Below, piece by piece: positions 9,310 to 18,963 of a stretch of DNA of 64,000 bases. Below the pieces are notes generated by a model, which saw only the letters and a list, made by a program, of their open reading frames with translations, had not been told where the DNA came from and did not search any database. The number at the start of each line of letters is the position of its first letter. The first letter of the stretch is position 1. Both the position numbers and the translations under genes were made by a program. This DNA comes from an uncultured Erysipelotrichaceae bacterium. Lineage in GTDB: Bacteria > Bacillota_I > Bacilli_A > RF39 > UBA660. The stretch is from positions 1,746 to 65,745 of the forward strand of contig CACWWC010000004.1 in NCBI GenBank assembly GCA_902764545.1, in the 5' to 3' direction.

Positions 9310-9876
9310 TCACCTCAATAAATTATATATTTCATTCCAATCATTTACTCTAACAATATTTTGTTTTTTTAATTCTTCATCTGAAATGATTTTGTTTCTT
9401 CTTTCCGTCATTAATAATTTTAAATCACAATTAACTAAATTTCTAGGATTATCATCAATTCCTATATCAAAATGTATAAGAGTTTTATCATCTATAAATA
9501 TAAAATTATTAGAATTTAAAAATGGAAAGTAATTTTCTAAATATTCATATTTATTTTTCAGATTATTTGCTGCATCAAAAATATCTTCTTTCCATTTATA
9601 TGATGTTACTATAAAAACTTCATATTTTTCATTTAGTCTTTTTAATACTTTTATACAATCATTTAATGGTTCAATAAATGATCCTTCTTCATTTTTATAT
9701 AAATTGTTAAATTTATACTTTTTCTTAAATTCGGTTTCTCTACCTTTAATCAAATCTTGTCTATTAAAGCTTTTTAATTTTGTATAATCTACTTTTTTCA
9801 AAAACTCTTCTAAAAATGTGGGAAATCTATTATTCACTATGGTCTCATCCATATCTACTAAAATTGATTTTTTCAT
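9310..9876 (-). CDS. HAD-superfamily 5'(3')-deoxyribonucleotidase-like hydrolase
   Basis: Motif I 'ILVDMDETIVN' and motif IV 'IDDNPRN'. Size fits an NT5C-like enzyme. Confidence 0.6.
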   Translation of the reverse strand: MKKSILVDMDETIVNNRFPTFLEEFLKKVDYTKLKSFNRQDLIKGRETEFKKKYKFNNLYKNEEGSFIEPLNDCIKVLKRLNEKYEVFIVTSYKWKEDIFDAANNLKNKYEYLENYFPFLNSNNFIFIDDKTLIHFDIGIDDNPRNLVNCDLKLLMTERRNKIISDEELKKQNIVRVNDWNEIYNLLR

Positions 9877-9954
9877 ATAATAAAATACCTTCTTTGTGAA
9901 TATATTATATATAAAATATCTTTATTATACAATATTTGATATAATATTTACGAG

Positions 9955-11409
9955 GTGAAAAAGCGTATGAATATAGTTCACTATGAATCTTATCAAGAAA
10001 AAGATAAAATGTTATTAAAAGTACTGGATGAAAATGGGACAATTACTGATATTGAAGCTACTAAGGCTGAAGTTCATGAAAAACACTTGTGGCATCAGGA
10101 AGTTGCAATATTTATAATAAACAAAGACGGAAAAATCTTACTTCAAAAAAGAAGTGGAAATGTTCATTATAATAAAGGTAAATGGGGAATGATCGCTAAC
10201 CATGTTGGTGTCAATCAAACTTTAGTTGATGCCCTTATACAAAAAGCACATGAAGAAATCGGCTATGATATTGATCCAAATGATATAAGATTTCTTACAA
10301 TGTTAAAAAGAAATGAAGAAAGAGAACAGAGATTTACCTACTTTTATTATATAAAAACAGATATTGATGATAATGAGATTAAATTAAATGATTTTTTAGC
10401 AACTGAAAAAAAATGGTTTGATTTTTATGAACTTCAGGAATTGATGCTTACTGATAGTGATACTGTAGTTTTTAAAAACACTCCTGAATATATTAAAATA
10501 TTTGGTGAACTTTCAAAAATAATTAAAGGTTCTAATACTAATAAAGAATATAGAAAAAAAGAGTTTATTTTACTAAACACTTCTGATGGGTGTTTCTTAC
10601 CCGGTTTAATTCAACGTTGCGAAAAGAAATCTAAATCAATTATTATCTTTATTCATGGAAGTGGAGGAAATTTCTTTAAGTCTAATTATTATGAAGAAAT
10701 GTATGAAGATTTTAATTATTATGGATATGACTTTATGATTTGTAATAACCGGGGTTCTGAACAATTTTTTAGATTACATAGAAATAATGGTGGTATTTCT
10801 GAAACTATTAAAGCTGGTAATATTTATGAAAACTTTGATGAGTCTATATATGATATATCTGCGGCAGTGAATTATGCTAAAGAAGGTGGATATAAAGATA
10901 TTATTTTAATTGGTCAAAGTTTAGGTACTCTAAAAGTTCAATATTATTGTGAACAAATTGGAGATATAAATAAAGTCATACTACTAAGTCCAGTTGATAT
11001 GGTGAGTAGATTTAGATTTAGGGTTAAGGATAAATATAATGAATTGGTGGATATAAGTAAAAAGTTAGTTGAAGAAGGAAGACCTTATGAAATGGTTACC
11101 AATGAATTTTCTGCTATTAAAATCTACTCTACTATGGCTGTTGGAAGCAAGGCTGATTTATTTAAGTTGGAGGAGGATAGAGATATAACTAAACCTCTTA
11201 ATTATAAGGGATATGTCTCTATTATTGCTGGTACTAGTGAACATGTATACAAGGGATGGGATATGAGTTACGTTGAGAAGCGTTTGAGAGATAGGTTCAA
11301 AAATGCTAAAGTACAGTTTTATACTGTTCCTAATTCAACGCATGATTATCATGATCATGAAAAGCAAGTATCTAAATTAATAATTGATAGTATCAAAAAT
11401 ATGAAATAA
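9955..11409 (+). CDS. Nudix hydrolase / alpha-beta hydrolase fusion protein
   Basis: The N-terminal part has a Nudix-like fold ('LLQKRSGNVHYNKGKWGM...HEEIGY'). The C-terminal roughly 280 aa has 'FIHGSGGN' and the nucleophile elbow 'GQSLG'. Confidence 0.65.
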   Translation: MKKRMNIVHYESYQEKDKMLLKVLDENGTITDIEATKAEVHEKHLWHQEVAIFIINKDGKILLQKRSGNVHYNKGKWGMIANHVGVNQTLVDALIQKAHEEIGYDIDPNDIRFLTMLKRNEEREQRFTYFYYIKTDIDDNEIKLNDFLATEKKWFDFYELQELMLTDSDTVVFKNTPEYIKIFGELSKIIKGSNTNKEYRKKEFILLNTSDGCFLPGLIQRCEKKSKSIIIFIHGSGGNFFKSNYYEEMYEDFNYYGYDFMICNNRGSEQFFRLHRNNGGISETIKAGNIYENFDESIYDISAAVNYAKEGGYKDIILIGQSLGTLKVQYYCEQIGDINKVILLSPVDMVSRFRFRVKDKYNELVDISKKLVEEGRPYEMVTNEFSAIKIYSTMAVGSKADLFKLEEDRDITKPLNYKGYVSIIAGTSEHVYKGWDMSYVEKRLRDRFKNAKVQFYTVPNSTHDYHDHEKQVSKLIIDSIKNMK

Positions 11410-11421
11410 GGAGATGTATAT

Positions 11422-12558
11422 ATGAAAGACATTTATTTAGATAATAACGCTACTACTATGTGTGATGTTGATGTCTTAAATGAAATGTTACCATATTTGA
11501 ATGATTATTATGGTAATCCTAGTAGTATTTATTCATTTGGAAAAGAAGTTAAAGAGAAGATTAATAAAGCTAGAGAAAGTTTGGCTAATTTAATAAATGC
11601 AGACAATTCTGAAATAGTATTTACAAGTTGTGCAAGTGAAGCTAATGTAACTGCAATTATGAGTGCTATTCGTAATAATCCTGAAAAAAAACATATTATT
11701 ACAACCAGTGTTGAACATACATCAATTATGGAAACCATGAAATATTTGGAAAAAAGTGGATATAGTATTACATATTTATCTGTTGATTTAATGGGCAGAA
11801 TCAATTTAGAAGAATTAGAAAAATCTATAAAAGATGATACTTGCTTAATTAGCATTATGATGGCAAACAATGAAATTGGTAATATTTATCCTATTAAAGA
11901 AATTAGTGAGATTGCAAAGAAACATAATATCTTATTTCACTGTGATGCAGTGCAAGCAGTTGGAAAAATAAAAATTGATGTTAAAGATTTGGGAGTTGAT
12001 ACCTTATCTATTTCTGGTCATAAGATCTATGCTCCTAAGGGAATTGGACTATTATATGTAAAGAAAGGTACTCCTTATACTCCCCTTATATTTGGGCATC
12101 AAGAGAGAAATATGCGAGGTGGAACCGAGAATGTAGCTTATATAGTTGGTTTTGGTAAGGCTGCTCAATTAATAATAGATGATGATTATAATGAAGTACA
12201 AAGATTACAAGAATTAAGAAATTATATGGAATCTAGTATAAAAAGTAATATAGAAGATGTATTTATTTATGGTGATTTAAATAACAGAACTCCTAATACA
12301 TCGAGTATTGCGTTTAAAGGTGTTAAATCTGATGAATTACTACTTATGTTAGAGTCGTTTAATATATATGTATCAACTGGGTCTGCATGCAATTCAGTTC
12401 TTGCGGAACCATCTCATGTCTTAACAGCCTGTAATGCAGATTTAGATAATTTTAGCCCTATAAGAATAAGTCTTGGGAAGTATAATACAAAAGAAGAAGT
12501 TGATTTGTTTATAAAAAAATTAATTAATATAGTTAATATGTTTAGAAAAAGAGGTTAA
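11422..12558 (+). CDS. cysteine desulfurase, NifS/IscS family (class V aminotransferase)
   Basis: 'IYLDNNATT', the PLP lysine in 'SISGHKIYAPKGIGLLY', and the active-site loop 'STGSACNS'. Confidence 0.85.
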   Translation: MKDIYLDNNATTMCDVDVLNEMLPYLNDYYGNPSSIYSFGKEVKEKINKARESLANLINADNSEIVFTSCASEANVTAIMSAIRNNPEKKHIITTSVEHTSIMETMKYLEKSGYSITYLSVDLMGRINLEELEKSIKDDTCLISIMMANNEIGNIYPIKEISEIAKKHNILFHCDAVQAVGKIKIDVKDLGVDTLSISGHKIYAPKGIGLLYVKKGTPYTPLIFGHQERNMRGGTENVAYIVGFGKAAQLIIDDDYNEVQRLQELRNYMESSIKSNIEDVFIYGDLNNRTPNTSSIAFKGVKSDELLLMLESFNIYVSTGSACNSVLAEPSHVLTACNADLDNFSPIRISLGKYNTKEEVDLFIKKLINIVNMFRKRG

Positions 12559-12561
12559 ATA

Positions 12562-13260
12562 ATGTCAAAAGAAGAAGAAAAAAAATTGTTAGAGCTGTTT
12601 AATCCCAAAAATAAAAAAATACTAGATGTTGGTTGTGGAGATGGAAGATATGCTACACTATTTGCTCAGTTATGCCAAGAATATGTTGGTATTGATATTT
12701 CTTCAGATCTTATCAAACGTAATTTATGGAATAATAAATATCAAAACGTTTCTTTTTATGAAGCAAATATTGTTTCCTATAAACCATCTATGAAGTTTGA
12801 TATCATTATTTTATCTTTATCATTTCATGAAATTGATATAAAAGAACAAGGTTTAGCACTTATGAATATGTTAAATTTATTAAATGATGATGGAAAAATC
12901 ATTATATTAGATCCTTCATTGTCGACTGACTCCTTCCAGGCATTATGGAATATTGCATATGAAAATTTTAAATATTTTAATCATGATTATATCGTACAAC
13001 ATACTCATGATGTTATTACTAAGGCTTGTGATGATAATCTTTGTAGAATTGTTTGTAAAGACAAATTAGATATACCATTTTATTTTTCAAAATTAAAAGA
13101 TGTATGCGATATGATTGCAGAAGATGATGATTTTAGTTTAATAAACTGGAGTGAGAAAGATAAAGAAATATTAAGTCGTCTTCTAAAAGACTTTATAAAA
13201 AAGGAGAATGACATTACCCTATTTGATAAGCTTGATATAACAGTTTTAGAAAAGAGGTAA
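12562..13260 (+). CDS. class I SAM-dependent methyltransferase
   Basis: Motif I 'ILDVGCGDGRY' followed by 'DIIILSLSFHE'. Confidence 0.75.
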   Translation: MSKEEEKKLLELFNPKNKKILDVGCGDGRYATLFAQLCQEYVGIDISSDLIKRNLWNNKYQNVSFYEANIVSYKPSMKFDIIILSLSFHEIDIKEQGLALMNMLNLLNDDGKIIILDPSLSTDSFQALWNIAYENFKYFNHDYIVQHTHDVITKACDDNLCRIVCKDKLDIPFYFSKLKDVCDMIAEDDDFSLINWSEKDKEILSRLLKDFIKKENDITLFDKLDITVLEKR

Positions 13261-13268
13261 GATTTAGT

Positions 13269-14204
13269 ATGGAGAGTAAGAAAAAAATAATCTTTTATAT
13301 TGATTGGACGGATTGCCTTGCCCACCTTACTGGAGATAATGCTTATGCAGAAGGTGATACAGACGAAGATAAAAGAAATTATACTAGGAGGCAAGTTAAT
13401 CATTTTTTTAAAGCATTAAAGAATTTACAAAATTATTATGATGTTGATATTCATTGTATTACTGGTGGAACAAGAGAGTATCTAAATGGAGATGGCCATG
13501 GTTGGATAAGTCTTATTCACGAACTATTTGAATCAGCTGGATGTTCTGATGTGTTTAAATCTGTTGTTACAGAATATGGAGGTGACATGCTGATTGGTAA
13601 AAATTGTGATTTCTTAGAGTGTGACCTTGAAGATGCAAAGGCTTTTTGTACAAATAAAATGTTGGATGATATTAGAAAAACATTGCCTGATGAAATTGTA
13701 GATAAGGTTGAATTATCTTTATGCAAATATTATGCAAACGTACGCTTTGAGAAAGAAGATATGACTGAGGAGGAGTTTAATTATTACTATTCTTTGATAA
13801 AATCGTTTAAGAATAGTGATGCTTATTCAATTTATCCTTACTATTGTCCAGGATATGGAGTTGAGATGGATATATTGCCAAATGGATTTGATAAAACACG
13901 AGCTGTTTCTAGTATTAACTCTGTTTTTTATGATGCATCTTCTAGAGAAGATATTGCCTTATCAGTTTTTAATGGTGATTTTTCACAGATTGATTTAAGA
14001 ATGGTTGATGAATCTTTATCAGATAATGTTTTATTTGTTGGTTCTGAAGATGCTGATATAAAACCATACGTTCAGGACAGTGAATTATCATATAGAACTG
14101 TTGGACATAAAATTGAGGCTATTAGTATGGCTATGGAAGAAATTGCAGCAAAAGGTATGGATTTATCTTCTTATAATAAGGGAGGTTATCGTTATGCAAA
14201 ATAA
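13269..14204 (+). CDS. hypothetical protein, weakly HAD-IIB-like
   Basis: 'IIFYIDWTDCL', 'CITGGT' and 'FNGDFSQIDLRM' resemble HAD motifs I, II and IV, but motif I lacks the second Asp. Confidence 0.4.
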   Translation: MESKKKIIFYIDWTDCLAHLTGDNAYAEGDTDEDKRNYTRRQVNHFFKALKNLQNYYDVDIHCITGGTREYLNGDGHGWISLIHELFESAGCSDVFKSVVTEYGGDMLIGKNCDFLECDLEDAKAFCTNKMLDDIRKTLPDEIVDKVELSLCKYYANVRFEKEDMTEEEFNYYYSLIKSFKNSDAYSIYPYYCPGYGVEMDILPNGFDKTRAVSSINSVFYDASSREDIALSVFNGDFSQIDLRMVDESLSDNVLFVGSEDADIKPYVQDSELSYRTVGHKIEAISMAMEEIAAKGMDLSSYNKGGYRYAK

Positions 14205-14589
14205 ACATGTAATTATATTTAAAAATATAACAGATGGTTTTATGAATTTAGAATATATTAATTATTTAGCTGAGCTATTTTCAAAAGAGCCTTCTTTAAA
14301 AAATAAAATTACATTTATTTTAGACAATAATCTTTCTTTGGAAAGTAATCAAGCATTGATGCAAATGTATAACCAATTAATTGGATTTGATATTTTTGAA
14401 GCAGCGTATTCTAATGGAAAGTTGCTGGAATACAAAGAATTAAATCAGTTACAACTTAGAAGAGAGGTTAAGGCAATTTCACTTGATTTAAGTGACTATT
14501 TAGATAGCAAATATAGTAATTTTAAAAAATATTTTATAGAGAATAGCATTTATGAAAATGTTTTGAGTATTATTAAAGGAGTTTTGTAA
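14194..14589 (+). CDS. hypothetical protein
   Basis: Start moved to the ATG at 14194, 5 nt after GGAGG; it overlaps the upstream stop. 131 aa, no motif recognised. Confidence 0.5.
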   Translation: MQNKHVIIFKNITDGFMNLEYINYLAELFSKEPSLKNKITFILDNNLSLESNQALMQMYNQLIGFDIFEAAYSNGKLLEYKELNQLQLRREVKAISLDLSDYLDSKYSNFKKYFIENSIYENVLSIIKGVL

Positions 14590-14590
14590 G

Positions 14591-15193
14591 ATGGCTGTAT
14601 TAATTAATTTTAAAATTTGTGATAACGCAAAGGAATGTGGTGGCATTGACGTCTGTCCAACTGGTGCATTATCATGGAATGATGTAGATAGTAAAATTGA
14701 AATTGATAATGATAAGTGTATATCTTGTGGTGCATGTGAAGCAGAATGCCCAATTGGTGCAATAATGGTTGCTCATAGTGATGAAGAATATGAAAAATAT
14801 AAAAGTGAAATTGATGAAGATCCGAGAACTACGAAAGATTTATTTGTAGATAGATATGGTGCTGTAGCTATATCAGATTTTTTTCAGATATCTGTTAATG
14901 AAATTAAAGAAAAAGTTAAAAATAATGGAATTACTTTAATAGAAGTTTATAATCCAGAGTATGCAGAATGTTTACTCAAGTCTATTCCAATTAAAGAAAT
15001 AACTAAAAACTTTCCTAAAGATACTCTTTACTATAAAACTGAAAGTAAAGATGTTATTAAAGAATATGGAATTACAGAGTTGCCTTCACTATTAGTTTTT
15101 AAAAATGGTAATCTACTTGGAAAAATTGATGGTTATTATAATACTGATAATAAAGATGATGTAATATCAAAATTAAATGAAATAATAAAATAA
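14591..15193 (+). CDS. 4Fe-4S ferredoxin domain fused to a thioredoxin-fold domain
   Basis: 'CGGIDVCPTGA' and 'CISCGACEAECPIGA' are Fe-S cluster motifs. The C-terminal 'LPSLLVFKNGNLLGKIDGY' looks thioredoxin-like, but no CxxC is present. Confidence 0.65.
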   Translation: MAVLINFKICDNAKECGGIDVCPTGALSWNDVDSKIEIDNDKCISCGACEAECPIGAIMVAHSDEEYEKYKSEIDEDPRTTKDLFVDRYGAVAISDFFQISVNEIKEKVKNNGITLIEVYNPEYAECLLKSIPIKEITKNFPKDTLYYKTESKDVIKEYGITELPSLLVFKNGNLLGKIDGYYNTDNKDDVISKLNEIIK

Positions 15194-15196
15194 AAA

Positions 15197-15224
15197 AAGA
15201 AATATTTTGGATATTTCTTTTTTT
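15197..15224. terminator. bidirectional rho-independent terminator
   Basis: Hairpin aagaaatat/atatttctt with loop tttgg, flanked by an A-run and a T-run. It sits between convergent genes. Confidence 0.7.
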
Positions 15225-16569
15225 AGTTACTGAAAAAGCCCTCCCACGGATCTTTTCTTTTTAATCTTTTTAATGCTATTTCAATGGTTATTTCATCTGG
15301 TTTTATTTTGTCTAATTCACTCCATTTAATTGGCATAGAAATTGATGCATTTTCTCTTGCCCGTAGGGAGTATGGTGCAATACTTGTTGCTGTCTTTTTA
15401 TTTCTGAAATAGTCTATAAAGATTTTTTCTTTTCTATTTTCTAATCTCATATTAGTTGTATATTTTTCAGGATAGATTTCTTCTAATAATTTAGATATAT
15501 CTTCTGCAATACTTCCAAATTTTTTCCATGTTAACTTTTCTTTCATTGGTACTACTATATGATATCCCTTTCCTCCACTTGTTTTTAAATATGACTTTAA
15601 TTCTAATTTATCTAAAATTTTTTTTAAATCTTTTACTCCTTGTCTTACTCTATCAAGTGATAAACCTTCATGTGGATCTAGGTCAAACACCATGACATTT
15701 GGATGAAGTTTATCATTTATTGTCGCCCCTCCTACATGAAACTCAATACTGTTCATTTGAACTTCACTTAAAAGCCCTTTTTTATCCTCAATATAATAAT
15801 AATCTTCATTTTTTATTTTTGAAAGATTTGAATTATCTTGAAAATGTTTTTTAAAGAAAGTTTCTTTATCTACTCCTTCTGGGCTTCTTACCGTACTTAA
15901 TATTCTATTCCTTATATATGGTAACATTTTTTGAGATACTTTTTCATAATAGTTTATAACATCTTTTTTTGTAATTTTTTTCACTTTATATAATATTTTG
16001 TCAGGATGAGTTATTTTTACTTTTTCATCTTTTCCTTCTATTTCTTCCATAGTTTTATTAGTTTTTACACTGATATTTACATCATTTATATCCTCATATA
16101 CTCTTACATTATCTCTTTCTTTAATCAGTAACCAATTATCATCTTTCATATTAACTAGTGTCCAGTCTCCTTTTAATTTTGTTCCTTGAAGAGTAAATTT
16201 TAAATATCCTTTTTTATATGTATCTTTAAATTTTTCTATTTCTTTGTAAGTACCTCTATCCCATAGCATAACTACTCCTCCACCATATTCACCTTTTGGA
16301 ATTATTCCCTCAAAGTTTCCATATGATAAAGGGTGGTTTTCTACATGAACAGCAAGACGCTTATCGCTTGGATTATACGATGGTCCTTTAGGAACTGCCC
16401 AACTTAGTAAAAGACCGGAATACTCTAGACGAAAGTCATAATGATCTTTTTTTGCCATATGGTGCTGAACTACGAATCTTAGTTTTTTGCTTCTTTCTTT
16501 TTTGCCAATTGGCTCTTTAGTCTTTTTAAAATTTCTTTTCTCATTATATTTTTTTAAATTTTCTTTCAT
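15223..16569 (-). CDS. ligD: LigD 3'-phosphoesterase + polymerase/primase domains (NHEJ)
   Basis: The N-terminal 'RFVVQHHMAKKDHYDFRLE' is the LigD PE signature. The C-terminal roughly 260 aa is arranged like LigD-Pol. Last gene of the ku-lig operon. Confidence 0.8.
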   Translation of the reverse strand: MKENLKKYNEKRNFKKTKEPIGKKERSKKLRFVVQHHMAKKDHYDFRLEYSGLLLSWAVPKGPSYNPSDKRLAVHVENHPLSYGNFEGIIPKGEYGGGVVMLWDRGTYKEIEKFKDTYKKGYLKFTLQGTKLKGDWTLVNMKDDNWLLIKERDNVRVYEDINDVNISVKTNKTMEEIEGKDEKVKITHPDKILYKVKKITKKDVINYYEKVSQKMLPYIRNRILSTVRSPEGVDKETFFKKHFQDNSNLSKIKNEDYYYIEDKKGLLSEVQMNSIEFHVGGATINDKLHPNVMVFDLDPHEGLSLDRVRQGVKDLKKILDKLELKSYLKTSGGKGYHIVVPMKEKLTWKKFGSIAEDISKLLEEIYPEKYTTNMRLENRKEKIFIDYFRNKKTATSIAPYSLRARENASISMPIKWSELDKIKPDEITIEIALKRLKRKDPWEGFFSN

Positions 16570-16573
16570 ATTT

Positions 16574-17455
16574 CTACCCTCTTTTTATAATTGGATGCCT
16601 AATGTGATTATTTTTAGTTCTTTCTAAATATGATACTTCTACTTCTATAATTGGCTCAATAAAAATTATATTGTTTTCATTGTAATTTATAAATGGGGAT
16701 GTTTTTATGTTTTTACTCTTTAACACTTTTTCATGAAAACTATTTGGTAGTGTAGCCTTTCCTACAAAATATAGCTTATTGTCTTTTTTTTCACCTAATA
16801 AAACAGATAGGTAATTTTTTTTCTTTTGCTCAAATCCTCCTATTACAAATTTTTTATTTTTAATATTTTTAATTTTAATCCAATCATTACTTCTTTTATT
16901 GATTTGATATATACTGTCTAGTCTTTTTGCAACTATTCCCTCAAGGTTTAATTTTTTGATTTCTTGAAAAAGTTCTATACCTTTATACAAATAGCTTTTA
17001 CTTTTTAGTAGGTATTCATTTTCTTTTAATTGATTAAGATATTTTTTTCTTTCTTGTAGAGTAAGAGCTGTTAAATCTTTTGATGCATATAAAACATCAA
17101 ATACTACAAATATTGCTGGAGATGTTTTGGAATAATAATCAATTCTCTTTTTGTCCTTAAGATGAATTCTTTCTTGTATTTTTTCAAAAGAAGGTTTATT
17201 GTTGTGTATCAAAATTATTTCTCCATCAAGAATCATGTTTTTATTTATATTTTCTTTTATTTTTTTTAGTTCTGGAAACAGGTGATTAATAATATTATGA
17301 TTTCTGCTTCTTATTTCAAAAGTATTTTTTCCAACAAATATTAATGCTCTTATTCCATCAAATTTTAATTCAAATAAATATTCATTTGAATTAAATGGTT
17401 TGTCTACTTCTGTAAGTAACATGGGAGTTATATCTCTATTGGTCCAAAGAGTCAT
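16574..17455 (-). CDS. ATP-dependent DNA ligase (LigD ligase domain)
   Basis: Adenylation motif I 'ELKFDGIRAL', 'LDGEII' and 'EGIVAKR'. Overlaps the ku stop. Confidence 0.85.
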   Translation of the reverse strand: MTLWTNRDITPMLLTEVDKPFNSNEYLFELKFDGIRALIFVGKNTFEIRSRNHNIINHLFPELKKIKENINKNMILDGEIILIHNNKPSFEKIQERIHLKDKKRIDYYSKTSPAIFVVFDVLYASKDLTALTLQERKKYLNQLKENEYLLKSKSYLYKGIELFQEIKKLNLEGIVAKRLDSIYQINKRSNDWIKIKNIKNKKFVIGGFEQKKKNYLSVLLGEKKDNKLYFVGKATLPNSFHEKVLKSKNIKTSPFINYNENNIIFIEPIIEVEVSYLERTKNNHIRHPIIKRG

Positions 17456-18195
17456 TTTTTCAAGCTCTTTTCTAAGGCTTCCATTAAGTCACCAATCTGT
17501 TTTTTATTTGTTTTCTTTTTTCCTTTTAATTCTTTTCCATTCAATTTGTCATCTATGGCCTTTCTAATGTTATCCTGATATTCATCTTTATATTTTGATG
17601 GTTCAAATTTTGCTTTCATGCTTTCAATCAGTTTTATTGCCATATCCAATTCTTTATCCATTTTTTCTTCTTTCAATGTTGTTTCCGGAATATTAATTTC
17701 TTCGTTAAAATACAGTGTTGTCATAATAATTCCTGATTCTGTCAATCTTAAAATACAATAATAAAATTTAGAGCTTAGTACGCACTTTGCAAGCGCAACC
17801 ATTTTAGTTTTTTTTAAAGCTTCATAAAATAATGTGTATGCTTTAGACTTTTTTTCTGTATTTAAAAAATAACTTTTTTCAAAATAAACTGGTGGAATTT
17901 CGTCCATTTTAATAAATGATATGACATTAATTTCATGTTCATTTTCTGGTTTTAGCTCCTCTAGTTCTTCTTTTTGAAATACCACATAGTTATCTTTTTC
18001 ATATTGATATCCTTTAATAATATCTGTTTCTTTTACTTCTTTCTTACAATGTGGGCAGTATTTTATATATTTAATTCTATTTTTACATTTTTTATGAAGC
18101 TGATTAAATGATGTATCATTATCTTTTATGATTGGATTCATTAAAATTGGAATATTTACTAGCCCAAAGGAAATGCTACTATGAATATTTGCCAT
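17452..18195 (-). CDS. ku: Ku DNA end-binding protein
   Basis: 'ISFGLVNIPI' at the N-terminus, 'IIKGYQYEKDNYV', and a basic C-terminal tail. Confidence 0.85.
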   Translation of the reverse strand: MANIHSSISFGLVNIPILMNPIIKDNDTSFNQLHKKCKNRIKYIKYCPHCKKEVKETDIIKGYQYEKDNYVVFQKEELEELKPENEHEINVISFIKMDEIPPVYFEKSYFLNTEKKSKAYTLFYEALKKTKMVALAKCVLSSKFYYCILRLTESGIIMTTLYFNEEINIPETTLKEEKMDKELDMAIKLIESMKAKFEPSKYKDEYQDNIRKAIDDKLNGKELKGKKKTNKKQIGDLMEALEKSLKK

Positions 18196-18433
18196 TTATA
18201 TCACCATTTTTAGTATGTGCAAATTTATTTAAAATATTTAATTTATAAAAAACTTTCGCCTCTCTAAATTTAAAATAAATCAATTTACTCGATTTACCTA
18301 CTGGCAAAAAATTATTGTAGCTTCATTCTGTAGTTTTAGCTGCAAGATTTTTTCTCTTTTTAGTTTATCATATATCTATGTTATAATATTTTATATAGGT
18401 AATTATGCAAAATTATGAGGGAGAGAAAATTCT

Positions 18434-18904
18434 GTGGCAGAAAAGTTGAAAGATAAGTATGTTTTTTTTGATGTTGATGGAACACTTGCGGAATATAGAT
18501 TTAGAGATAAAATATATGAAGGAGGGACACCAGAATTAGGATGCGTTACTTTACATGATGTTTTATTTACTGATATATTTTTAAATTCTAGGCCACTTAA
18601 AACTATGCAAAGATTAGTTTCACAATTAGATGAGGATAAGATTTTTATTTTAGGTACAGTAATATCGAATACTGAAGTTGAGCAAAAATATATTTGGTTA
18701 GAAACACATTTTCCACAATTTAAAAAAGAAAATATTATACTGATTAGTTCAACAATGATGAAGCCAGAAGTAATGATTGAATACTCTAAACATTTTAATT
18801 GGAATTTAGATGAGATAGCTTTTATAGATGATCGACTTGATGTATTAAGAAAAGCTGAAGAATTAGGGATAAAATCATATCATCCAAGTTCATTCATAGA
18901 ATAA
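18434..18904 (+). CDS. HAD-superfamily hydrolase
   Basis: Motif I 'VFFDVDGTLAE' and motif IV 'FIDDRLD'. GTG start after GGGAGAG. Confidence 0.6.
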   Translation: MAEKLKDKYVFFDVDGTLAEYRFRDKIYEGGTPELGCVTLHDVLFTDIFLNSRPLKTMQRLVSQLDEDKIFILGTVISNTEVEQKYIWLETHFPQFKKENIILISSTMMKPEVMIEYSKHFNWNLDEIAFIDDRLDVLRKAEELGIKSYHPSSFIE

Positions 18905-18937
18905 AAAAATCCATTTTAAATAATGGATTTTTCTTTT
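18904..18937. terminator. bidirectional rho-independent terminator
   Basis: Hairpin aatccatt/aatggatt flanked by A- and T-runs, between convergent genes. Confidence 0.7.
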
Positions 18938-18963
18938 ATATTTATTTGATATAATTGTCTTAT

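Noticed and set aside
18290-18375. A terminator-like hairpin (tgtagct...agctgca plus a T-run) in the 240-nt gap between ku and the HAD gene, possibly an sRNA or leader.
   Set aside because: There is no convincing promoter upstream on the plus strand. The stem needs a G-U pair and a 15-nt loop. The likely promoter of the HAD gene lies downstream of the hairpin.
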